A stretch of DNA of 59,697 nt from a virus (Duplodnaviria; Caudoviricetes). Made by a program: the position numbers and the translations under genes. The notes under the pieces are model-generated. The model saw only the letters and a list, made by a program, of their open reading frames with translations. It searched no databases and was not told where the DNA came from. Positions 19,801 to 31,800 of the stretch are shown one piece after another. Location of the stretch: IMG/VR virus record IMGVR_UViG_3300030233_000116, positions 1-59,697 of that record. One strand, written 5' to 3'. Position 1 is the stretch's first letter; each line of letters begins with the position of its first letter.

Positions 19801-22800
19801 TAACGGTTCGCCCACCAGCCAGCCAGCCTGAGGTTGTCAGTAACGAGGTTTTGCACCTCTGCCGTACGATCGGAAAGGTCGAGGGTGAGTTGGTCGGGAT
19901 CGATTGTGCGCGCCCCCATCGCTTGCTCTTCTGCCCCCGCTGTTTCCTCCGGCCCCTGAAGATCGCGTTCCAACTGTAAAAACTCTGCCTGCTTGGCCGC
20001 GTATTCCTCTTCCTTCGGCCATTGCTGTTCGGATGCTTGTTGCAGAGGTGTGATTTGCTCTTGCTGCTTCTCAATGCGCGCACGAATCGAATTCACCTTT
20101 GCCTCGCCAGCACGCGCAGAACGCACGACTGAGTTGAGCAACCCTTCAGCCGTTTTAGGGGACCCATTATCCCACATCTCACCCGATGGCGTCTTGATTT
20201 CAGCCTCAAAAGTCACTCGCAACTCCTCAAACGATGCCAAGGCGCCGCGAGCAACCAGGGTGACAGGCACCTCATTTATGCGAAAGCTGATCTCTGCGGT
20301 ATTGTCTGCATTTGCAATCTGGACCGCCTTTTTGCGAAGCTGGTCCATGATATTGCCAAGCGCCTCGACGGCTTCCTTTCGATCCGTGAATACACCGTTT
20401 TCGCCGAAATCGTAAGTAACCGAGTCGCCCTCGAACTGAGCCGACATCTTATCCGAAATGGCTTCATACTGTTTCGCCAGCGCCGTATCCGAGCGGATAG
20501 AGGATTCCAAGTACCATAACCTTTTGCGAGACTCCGCAACCTCATTCAAAAATCCGCGCCGTTCGCCATCCAGCTCGGCGATCTCGCCTTCCAGGTCTGC
20601 CAAGCGCAAAACCCTGGTATCGCCGGAAAGCTGGGCGACCTGCTGGCGCATATTCATCACCACCTCGGACGCCGCATCGTCAAACTCGCGGCCTGAGACG
20701 TTGCCCTTCAATACCTGATGCACGAACGCCTGTTTGGCGGCCATCATATCGTAGATGGCAACGTCCATCGTGCTCTCCACGCCATAACGGATGTTGCGAA
20801 CCGCGAAATCGCTATCGTAATCCGGATTCGCCGAACCATCCTTCAGCTTGGCGCGCGTGAAGATATTCCCCTGCCGGATGATTCGACCATCGCGTTGCTC
20901 AAGCATGGCTGGCGTCATTGAGCGCGGCGGATCAAGATGATGTGCCGCCACCAACCGCTCCTGCATGTTCACTCCGACCCCGAGCTTTTCCGTGGATCCA
21001 AGTATCACCCGGACTTCGCCGCTGTTCACCTTCTCAAACAATGCTTCCCGGCGTTTGTCAGTATTGTGCTCGTGGATGATGGCGATTTGGTTTTCCGGGA
21101 TTCCTCGCTTGATGAGCTTGTCCCGAATGTCGCGATATAGATTGAATCCGCCGCCTGAAAATTCGGCATCCTCATCTGGACCTTCTTTTTCCTGCTTGTC
21201 GGGGTCGGTCTCACCGTCGGCTTCTTCCTCAATCGAAAGCGAGCCGCCAACAAAGGCATCAAGCGTATTAGTGTTGATCGGCCGAAACCGATCCAAGAAC
21301 ACGACCTGCGCGCCCCTCCGATATTCGTTCTCCTGATGAATCTTCGCAATTTCCTCAACCGCGCGATTAACCTTCGACCCTGGTTCATCCAGAGCATCCT
21401 GCCGCACGAGCCGCGGATCTACAGACGCCGCCATCCCAACCTGCATCGTTACGATTGGGACCGCGCGGGCAGCCTCTTTCTCATCGCTGCTACCGCTCTT
21501 CATCACCCGCTCAAACTCCGCGCCAATCTCCATGATCCAATCATTAATGCGGGACACCGCGGGAGTCTGGGGAACGACCTGTAAATCCGGCAGGTTGCGA
21601 CCATCAGAATTTCGCATCTTGGGAACCTTCAGCCCAAGTTCTTCATTCCCCATCTTCACGTCGAATCCTGAGCGGATCATGGCGACCAACTCGGCGCCGT
21701 TGGTGAATCGATTAAAGCGACTCACACGCTTCCATGCGCCCGACCAAGTGCGCTCCAGCTTCGTGTTTAATCGTCCGAAGGTGTGAGCAAATTCATCGAA
21801 AGTGTTAATACCAAAATCTTCCAGCACCGATGGCGTGGCCAGTTTCAACATGATGTATGCTTCGGCCACACTATTGGTAATCGGGGTCCCGGTGGCCAGG
21901 ATCACATTGCGCCCATTGTTGCGGTCCTGAATGTATTTCGTCTTCATCTCCAGACCCATCGCGCGTTGGCTTTCGTCGTTCGGAATGCCCTTGATGCGCT
22001 GCATGTTGGTGATGATCGACGCCTTCTTGTAAGCGTGCGCCTCATCAATGAAAAGGGCGTCTACGCCGGTCGATTCAAAGTCGATCACGTCATCCCCTCG
22101 CTTTTCGAGACCGTCCATCATCCGGCGAAGCTTGCCTTCCATCCGCTTTTTCGCCTTTTGCAACTGCTTGGTGGTCGGCGAATCTTTCCCCTCACTCAAG
22201 CGCATGCGATTGATGGCCTCGCTCAATTCCGCAAGCTTATCGCTGAAAAAGCGCCGAATGGTTTCCTTCGATGGCAAAATCCGATCGAACTGCGGTTGCG
22301 TGACGATCACCATGTCGTAATCGCCCGTGGCAATCTGCGAGATAAACCGAGCGCGACTCTTGGCGTTGAACGTTTTTTCCGTGGCGACCAAAACCTTTGC
22401 TGCCGGGTAAGCCTGCATGACGGATGCCGCAAACTGGCCGATGGTCGCCTTTTGCACCACGATCATTGGCTTTCGCGCCAAGCCGAGCCGCTTCATTTCC
22501 ATCGCTGCGACGATTTGCGAGAATGTTTTGCCAGAACCAACCCCATGCGCCATGACCGCCTTACCCTCCTGCAAAATTCGGGCAATCGCGGATCGGCGAT
22601 GCCCATTCATCCAGACGACATTAGAAAGCCCTGGAATATTGTGGCGCGATTGATCGCCGTCCCTCACCAGATAGTCGCCACTGTAAACAGGGGCGACCAC
22701 GCTGTTCATGACGTCGTTATATTCCTGCTCGACCACTTCTTGCACGGACACCCCCTCGACCTGAACGGCAGTGGTCTTGATCCAACTTTCGAAACGCCGC

Positions 22801-25800
22801 TCCATGTCGGCCATCTTCGCTTTCGCGGCCTGCGTGGCAGGAAAATCCGTCTCTGTCTTCGTTTTGCCGCCGCCAAGACTGACAGTGGTCGTGATTTGTG
22901 GCGAAGTGCCCTTCAACGCATGGGTGAGAAGTTCCGCCCCGCTCAGTTTTCCGCTTTTCCAATCGACGGAATTTCCGCTGGCTAGCGGATTGCTCACAGT
23001 CACAACGTGCGTGTTGGCAGCCGCCACGTAGGAAACCTTAGTTTTGGAGCCGAGGAGATCGGTTGCAAACGCGGAAAGGACGCGCTCAGGAATCCAGCGT
23101 GACGCCAGGGAAAAGTAAATATCCTTTAATGGGACCGTCGGAGGAATCACCCCCTCCAACGCAGCAATATTCGCCCGGTATCGAGAATCTGTTTCCGCCG
23201 CCGCACGAGCGGCCCGAAGACGTTTGCGAACATTTGAACTGAGGTATCGCTCGGCGATTTCCAAACGTCCCGTTGCGGGATCGAGATAGGCGCGCCCGGT
23301 TTCGACAATGCGGTCTTCCGCTTCGCGTTTCGAAATTCCCAGCATATTGGCCACGGAATCAGCATCGACTGATCCCTCAAAGGCCATCAAGATGTTGATG
23401 GCATCGTTGATATTCTCCGCTTTCTCCGGCTTCGAGACCGGTTCCCGGACTCGTTTCGAGAAAATATCCGCCTTGCGCCACGCTTTTTTGACCTTCTTCG
23501 TTCGCTGGTCATAGCGGTCAAACTCTTCTTCGAGCGATTGAAGCAGCGGATATTCCGGATCGTCCTCGAGGAATGCCGCTTTTTCGAGGTGCCGATATTT
23601 CTTTGTAAGGGTGCCGTTGCGCGCGATGAAGCGGTCATAAGCCGCGTTGAGCCGTCGACGCATGGCGTCTAAATCGGCGATGGAAATATCCTGATCGACT
23701 TCACCCGCGATCAGCTCGCGGGCCGCGTCCCGAACCATCATCCAATCATCGGCAATCACCTCCCGATCGCGCCGTTCCTTGTCGGTGATTGGCTCGGTAT
23801 GTTTGTCGCCGTAGTTCTTTTGCGTCAGCCAACTCGCTGGCTCCAATCGACCTTCAACGACTTGAAAAAACTGGCCATCCTTTTGGACGTAACTTCCAGG
23901 CTTGTCGCCGGACGCCGCAACCTGGCTTCGCTGCACCGGCCGGGCGTCGCCTCGCTTAAAAATGTCTTTCGGGAATCGCTCGACGACCGCCGTCAACTCT
24001 GCCCCCGTGTCCTGCCCCGGCTTTGCCACCAAGGCATAATCGCCAGCGGAATACATGGTGCCTTCGAGGGAGTGGCGCCCAAGCGCCATCTCCGGGTTGG
24101 CCGCATAGTATTCGTTGACGAAAATGTCCGCCATCTGCCCTTCGACCTCGGCCTCCCCGACTTTATCCCGGCTGATCCACGAAGCGCCCTCAAACGGTTT
24201 TCCGTCTTTCTTGCGCATCACGATAATGTCCGTGGTGACTTCTGTGCCTGCATTGGCCGCAAATGCGTTGTTTGGCAGCCGGACGGCCCCCACGAGATCG
24301 GCTTTTTCCGCCAGCAACCGACGCACCTTAGCATCGCTCTTGTCCATCGTGCCGTCAGAGGTGATGAAGATCACCAACCCCCCAGGTCGCGTCATGTCCA
24401 GGCCGCGGGCAAAAAAGTAGTCGTGAATGAGCAAGTCGGGGTAATCCTTCGCACCTGGCACCCGGTAGTCACCAAAAGGCACATTTGAAACCACAAGATC
24501 CATGGAAGCCGGAGGGATCGCCGCCCGCTCAAACCCAGTGACTTGAACCTCGGCTTGCGGGTAGAGCTTCGCAAAGATGCGGCCCGAAAGGTTGTCCAGC
24601 TCAACACCAGTCAATGCGCTTTGCTCGGCGATAGACTCAGGCATGCGCCCGAAGAAATGACCGACACCACCGGCCGGTTCAAGCACATCACCCCCACGGA
24701 AGCCCAACCGCTCCGCAATCGACCAGACACCATCAATGACGCGCGGATCGGTGAAGTGCGCGTTGAGTGTGGACGCCGCTGCAGACTCGTATTCTTCCTC
24801 CGAAAGCAATTCGCGAAGCCGAGCGTTCTGCTTTGCGTAGGCAGGTTTTTTCTCGTTGAAATACTCTCCAGCCCACCCCCATCCGGTGTATCTGGCAAGA
24901 ATGTCCTTTTCCGCTGGCCCCGGATTACGATTCTCGGATTCCAAGCGCCGAAGCAATTCGATTGCCTCAATATTGGCGTCGAGCTTGGCCGCATTGCCTC
25001 GAGGTGCAATTTGCACCCCGGCAGGAATCCGGTGATTACGATCGGCTGGCTTTAACTCAGCCGATCGGTCGGGTCTTCCGGTTCCTTGAGGCGGCGCTGA
25101 ATCTCCTCGCTCGCCATCTTTCTCAACTCCTTCTCGCTGGCCGCCGGGAATTGTGTTCGGAAGAACTCTACCAGTTTTTGCATTGGCGTTTTGTCCTTCT
25201 TCATTTGATTTGATATTACTCTCTGCTGTTGCAAAAGTAAACAGATCCTCTTGGACTGCCGCGGGAGCCTTGCGCAACTCCTGCTTGATTTTGGCCCGAA
25301 CCTTTGGCTTCGAAGCCTTTACTGCGGGTGGAAGTGTCTCCACCCAGTCGAACATGTCGGGCGTATTCGGATCTAGCCGCCGGGCGCCAAGGCTCTGAAC
25401 TTGGCCCGTGCCTCGGCTTCGACTTCCGCCGCGCGGGGATTCTGGTTTCCGAACCGCAGTTTCCCGATCGCCCGCTCGACCGCCGCTTCCTCGGCCGGGT
25501 CGATTTTCGGGGGTTCCCAATAATTCCCTTGGCTTTTCTGGTTGTTTGGCTCGCTCATCTACCAGATTATACGTCGCGCGGTCTTTAACATCAACCGATT
25601 CCCCGTCCTTTTGCGCAACCAATTTGGGGCCTTCGGTATTGTCGTAGAGCGCGCCTGTATCAGCCAATGCCAACAGGTTTTTGGCTCCGGCATTAAAGCT
25701 GGAATGCGCGGTGAAAAGCGCCTCATACGGCACCCATCGCCCCTTGCCTTTTGCTCGCAAAACAGCTCGCGTGATGGATTCGGCGGGATCAATCGTGACC

Positions 25801-28800
25801 CCTAGGAACTCAACGGCAAACCCGGCATTCTGCCACTGCTTGATCTTGCTGGCGGACTTTTCAAAGTTCGCCATCGTGCCATCGAAGATGATGTTATATC
25901 GCTCCCGGCGATTCTTATCGACCAATTTCAGTTCGAGCTTTTTCGCAATCCAACTCGATTCTTCATGCACCACGGCGGCCGCCCGGCTGTCTCCGGCTTG
26001 CACGATACGGTCATACTCCGGAATCAACTCCTTGATCTCATCGGCATTGATCTCGACTGGCTGTTGCTTAAATGGAGTCTTGCCCGCTTTGATGCGCGCC
26101 TTGAGCGTAGTGGTTTTCCCAGCGCCACCCCCGCCACCCATGGCCAGAACAACAGGCTTTTGCCCTTCCGGCACCGGCTTCCCACGGCTGATGAAATATT
26201 GGATGACGGCCTCGCGGAATTCATTCCGACTCACTTTTCCCTCGGGAAGCAGACCGGCAGCAACCAAGGGATGCTCGGCATCAACTTCAGCCTCATTGAG
26301 ATCCAAGGTCTCCTGCAACAGGGGGGCGCCGTCCTGCAGCGTGCGCGGCGGAACAGGCAACCCATTTTCAAACTCCCATCCTTCAGACTCGGGAAACGCC
26401 TCGCGGATCCGTGGATCCACAGGACCGGCCAATCGCCGGGTGGCCAGCGTGTGAACAGCCCTCGTGAACAACGCACCAGCATATTGCGAATCTTCCACCA
26501 CCGACCGGAGCAACCCTTCCAGCGCCCTCACCCCATTAACAGACCCCAAAGCCCGTCCGATCCGCTCGACCATCTCAGGCACCTCGCCCTCGAACAAATC
26601 TTGCTGGCCGATGAACTCCTGGAAGGAACCCTTCCCGCCGTCCCGCTTCCATCGCACATATTGCGACACCGCAGGAGCAATCGCCGAATCGATGAAGTCA
26701 GGTTGCGTCTCTCGGATTTGCGCCAGCAGTCCGGATTGGCGAACGAGTCCCTTCGTGAAATTCACCAGCCCGGAATCCTGCGCGTCCTCGATCAGTTGCG
26801 TGAGCGTGATCCCGCGCCCGGCCTGGCGACCTTCCGCGGTATCAGCACCGAGCACATAGGCGAGCATCGCCCGCCGGACATCCTCGTAAAGGTCCGGTGT
26901 GGCCGATCCGTCCCGGGTAAGCCGGTTGCGCAGACCCATGGAGTCAATCACCTCCAGAATCGCTTCCCCGCTCGGACCGTCCTCGAGGAAATTGCCGTCC
27001 TCATCGAACTCGATGGCTGCCAGCACGCCGGGATTCTGCCGGAGCACCCCGGCCCGCTTGATGGCCTCTTCCGGCCGGCTCATCTCATCGGGATTCGCAT
27101 CCCGAACATAGGCCAGCAGTGGATCGGGCTCGGATGCGTAATCGCCGAAATCGACGATTTCAGCGCCCAAAGCCGGCATTTCCATCGCTTCAGCCTGTTG
27201 CGCGGCATCCTCCATGCCGAGGTGTCGGAGGTATCGAGCCACGAACGAGCGCTGCGCGCTCCGGGCCGCAGGCGTGCCGGCCGCACCGTAGATGACGCCC
27301 AACGCCGCCTCGCGACCGTGCCCGGACCGAATGACATCCTTCCCGCCCTCCGAAGTGACCACGATCGGGCCATGCTCGATGCTGGTGGCCGGTATTGATT
27401 TCTCAGGCTTCCACCGCTGGGCGAGATCGAGAATTTGCGCCCGGGATTGCACTCGGTCGCGTTCGCGGGGTTGGTATTTAGTCCCCTTGGAATTTTTGAC
27501 GGTCGCCAGGTCGATCGGCTTCAAGCGAAGCTTCACCTTCTTCGTCCTCGCACTGTTCTCGCTCCAATAGGTGCCGTCCTTTGCCACAGTCCCGAGCGGC
27601 TGGAACGCGGGGGCGGAATCTTCCGCGCCCCGCTGTTCGCTTACTTCCGTTTCCCGCCGCATCCCTTCTTTTTGTGACCTTTGCCTTTCATTGGACTCAC
27701 CTCCTTTCTGAGTGGTGGCAGGATCGGGATTCGAACCCGAGTCTTCAGGGTATGGGCCTGACGTGGTGACCTCTCCACCATCCTGCGTCAAAATTTCTTC
27801 CATCCGGGCGATCATCGCCTGGATCTCCGGCACATCCCCCGCAGCCCGGAGCGATGCAATCACGCTCTCGATCCATCGGTTGATCGCCTCGATGATCCGG
27901 CGGAACCCGGTCTCAGTGATCTCGCCGTCGGCACGCGCCTGCACCAACTGCCGCTTGAACTCGCCCAAAAGGTTCTCAAGCGGCATGCGAACATTGTTCA
28001 CCTGGAGATCGCCCCTGGCCGCCATGTCGAGAAGCGCAAGCGCTTTCTCCTGCATGGTCTCACCGGGAATCGCCTCGATCGCGGCATCAATGTCGGCCTG
28101 CAATCGGTCGCCAGCGAAGTAACTTGCCGCCGAATTGACCAATGCACGTGACACTTTCGCGCCATTGGCACCATTGATGGCCTGCCGGATGCCGCCCGAC
28201 TCTTTTGCACGCTTCCCGGCAACGAAATCCTCAAACGAGCCTTCCCGCCCGCCGCTTTCCCATTCCTCGCGAAAAGCAACCTGTTCGGCCGCATGAGCGA
28301 TCTCCTCGCTCACCACACCCTCGAACCACTGGTCTGCGGCATCCTCACCCAATGCCTGAGCCACAATCCCGCGTTGCCGATCGATTTGCCCCTCATCGAC
28401 ATGAATCCGGGGGCCGTCCTCTCCAAAGGCCACGCCCATGGCATTGCCTGCACCGCCAGGAACGGGCCCCTCGACGACCTGAACGCCCGCGCTCAGTCGA
28501 TTCCGAGAATTGATGTCGGCAACCGCTTCTGTAACGCGCGATAGTCGGCCAGCAGGCGTTCGAATGTCGGCTCCGGATCGCCCTCGGCGAAAGGTCGCGG
28601 TCCCATCGGTAGCCGATCCAGCAGCGACGGATCCCGAATCCGCTCGAGATCCTGGATCCGATTGCGAAGCTCCTGCACCGCTTGCCACCGATCCGGGTGC
28701 GCTCGCAGCTTCTCCGCGCTCATTTGACTGACTTCCATCAGCATCACCATACGCATCTTCCGCCATCCGGTAAACCCCGCGGACCATTCCGATATTCTGC

Positions 28801-31800
28801 CGGGTGACCTGCTGGCGTGCGGTCTCCTCGTCCTTTGCGCGGACCTGCACCGGCTCGCGTCCGTCGACATCGACCTCGAACAGCGCCAGATTTTCCGATC
28901 CTGGCGCTGGGGGAGGGGAATCAACTTCCGTTGATGCTTCTTCAACGAAAGTTGATGGGTCGGGCCGCAAAGGAATCCGAAGCGCCTTCTCGCGCGCTTC
29001 GCTCTCACTCATGCGAATGAGGCGACCGGAAGCTGGAGCGATCTCGCGCAACCGGTCGAGCTGGCCCTCGGTGAGAATCGTCATGCCCTCGACCACTTCC
29101 ATGCGCGGTGTGCCATCGGGTAATGGCGCCGATACCGCCGCGCGCTCCCGGGCATCCAGTCGCTCCAATGGAGTGCCGGCAAGAATCTTCAGTGCCCCCC
29201 TGGCCGCCAATCGATCGGCCTCGGCCTGCGCGGGGTCCATCTCAGGTGGTGGCGCCCATTTTGCCGCTTGGGCGTTGGCAGCCGCCACGAATTCGGGTGG
29301 CGCCGAGGATACCGGACGACCACCCTTTGCTTGAATCTGCTGGTCCAAAGCAACCGCCGCGCCATCCAAGCGAGCCAGTGTTGCATCCTCCATCCCGCGT
29401 TCCGCGGCCTGCTCCTGCATCCGGGAGATTTCCGATCGTTTCGCCATCAAGGCATCGACCGAATCGTCTGGAGCGATTCGCATGGACTCAATTCGACCGC
29501 GAAGGCTTTGATTCTGGTAGCCTTCGACGCCACCCTGCGCCCCTCCGACAACGCCCCCAGCCAAACCACCCAAGGCAGCGGATTGCGCCAACCGCTCCCA
29601 CGCCCCCTCGAACGCCGCCGCCTGATCTCGGAATCCGGCCTCCAGAAGCATGGAAGTTAATTCCTGACCCATTTCCGGCAACGCTTCGCTCCCGGCCCCC
29701 AAGGAAGCACGTCGCACGAACTGCGAAAGCACTCCGCGCCCACCAGGATTGCGCGTCAAAAATTGACCACCCGGAATTTTGTCCATCGCCCCGCCAATGA
29801 CCCCCATCAGCACGCCCTCGGATGTCGCCAAAGCCTTGGCCTCCAATTCCGACGCACCCGCTTCCCGGTGGTATTCCATGGCGTCATTGTATTGGTTGCC
29901 GGCCATCTTCGAGCCGGTCAACGCCATGAAGGTGACCGGAGCGGCCGGGCCGGTCAGTGACGCCAAGCCAAGGTCGATTCCCATCTCGATCATGACCGGA
30001 GCACCCTCAGCCAACAACCAACGAGTCAGGCGACCCGCATCCCAGGAATCGGCATCGGTAAGCTTGAAATTCTGCAATTCCGCGCTGGCTTGATTCCCGG
30101 CCTGCAGGTCGTTCGCCATCTGGCGCACCGCCTGATTCTGCGCCTCCGCTGATGTCCGCCCAAAAATGATGCGTTCGCCGAAATTTTGCGCCCATTGCCC
30201 GGGGTTCAAATTCGACGCCATCTCATTGGCGCCAGCCACACCGCTGGCAATCCGAGGCAGCATCCGGCCAAACACGGAGCGATCCACTTCCTCCCACAGT
30301 CCAATGTTCTCGTTTTTCTCCCGCCATTTCTGAAGCTTGCCATCCTTCCATGCCCGCTCCATCTCAAGGAATGTCTCGCGTTGCGCCTTCGGTAGCTGCC
30401 GCAGCACCTCCCGCCGCTCATCGCCTTTGAGTTCGTAATTCAGGAGTCGTGCCCGGTCCTGCAGCCCCGAGAACTCCTCATTCACCTCCGCCTGGCGTTG
30501 CTCGATCTCTTTCTGCAGCGCCGACTGAGCAGCCATGCGCGCCTCAAGATCCTCGATCGCCTCGATCTCCGCCATGCGCGCCTCAGCATCCGCATCAATC
30601 GCGTCCAGCTTCTCCGCAATCGGTCGGGTCGCCTCATTACCCCGCAACTCCTCCCGAGCCTGCTTCGCCCGCTCTTCGGCCAGGCGTCGACTTTCTTCCG
30701 CTACGGCATTTGCCTGAGCCTGCCCCTGGTCAAACGCCGCCGCGCGTTCCCGTAATGCCTCGACCTCAGCATTGTGGTTCGCCCGCTCCTCCGCGGTCAT
30801 CCCCTGTGTGGCCCGCTCGGCCAATCGCGCGGCCTCGGCCTCGATGGCTTCCACCTCGGCGACCGTCTGTTGCGCGTTCTCGACCTGGCGCTGACTCTGC
30901 TCCTCTGGAGATTCCTCCAATCGAGCCTGAGCCTGCTCCGCGATCCGCCGTCGCATATACCCGCCGGGCCCCTCCTTCTCCAGAGCAAGCAACTCCTGCT
31001 CGAGCCGGTAATCTTCTTCTTCCAACGCCCGTCGCGCTTCATCCCCTGCAAATCGCGCATCGATCTCTTCCAGCCGCGCCTTGCGGATCCTCTCATCCTC
31101 CTGCCATGCAGCCATGGCCGCCGCGTCTTCCTGCGGCTTCGAACCACCGAACAATCCGCGTTTCGGCTCAGGCTTAGGCTTCGGGGTCGCCCAATTTTCC
31201 CGCTCCATGGTCAGCTCTTCGCGTTCCTGGTCAGAAAGCACCTTCGGAGCGTCGGGTGCGCCTTTCGCCACCCTAATCTCCTTACGCCGCATCTCGCGAT
31301 CCCGCTTCTCGCGTGCATGCAGGAACTTCGCGCTCGCAATCCGACGCTGCGGATTGCCGGAGGTCAATGCGACTTCCGGATCAATGACTTCCCATTCCGA
31401 ATTCTTGTTCTGTTTATAAAGATTGCGGTCGTTCGGGTCGTTCGGGTTCGGCCCAATCTTCGCGTTGCGATCGGGATCCACCCGTTTCACATCACCGGTG
31501 GCCGTGCGATCCATCCGGAACGCCCCTTTTTCGTCCCATTTCAGTTCACCCTTGCGCTCTTCGTACAAAGGATTCCCCTCGACATCCCGCTCGATCAGGA
31601 TGTTCCCCAAAGCATCTTTCCGATACCGCACCCCTTGTTCCTGTAGCCCGGCCTCGTGTTGCGCCTTCTCAAGCTTCGCGCGCTCCGCTTCGTATCGCTG
31701 GGATTCCCGCTGAAATTGCTCCTGTTGCCGCTGGACGCCTTCGTTGATGTCCTGCTTGGCCTCCATGAAGCGTCCGGCATCCTGCTGGATGGCCTGCAGC

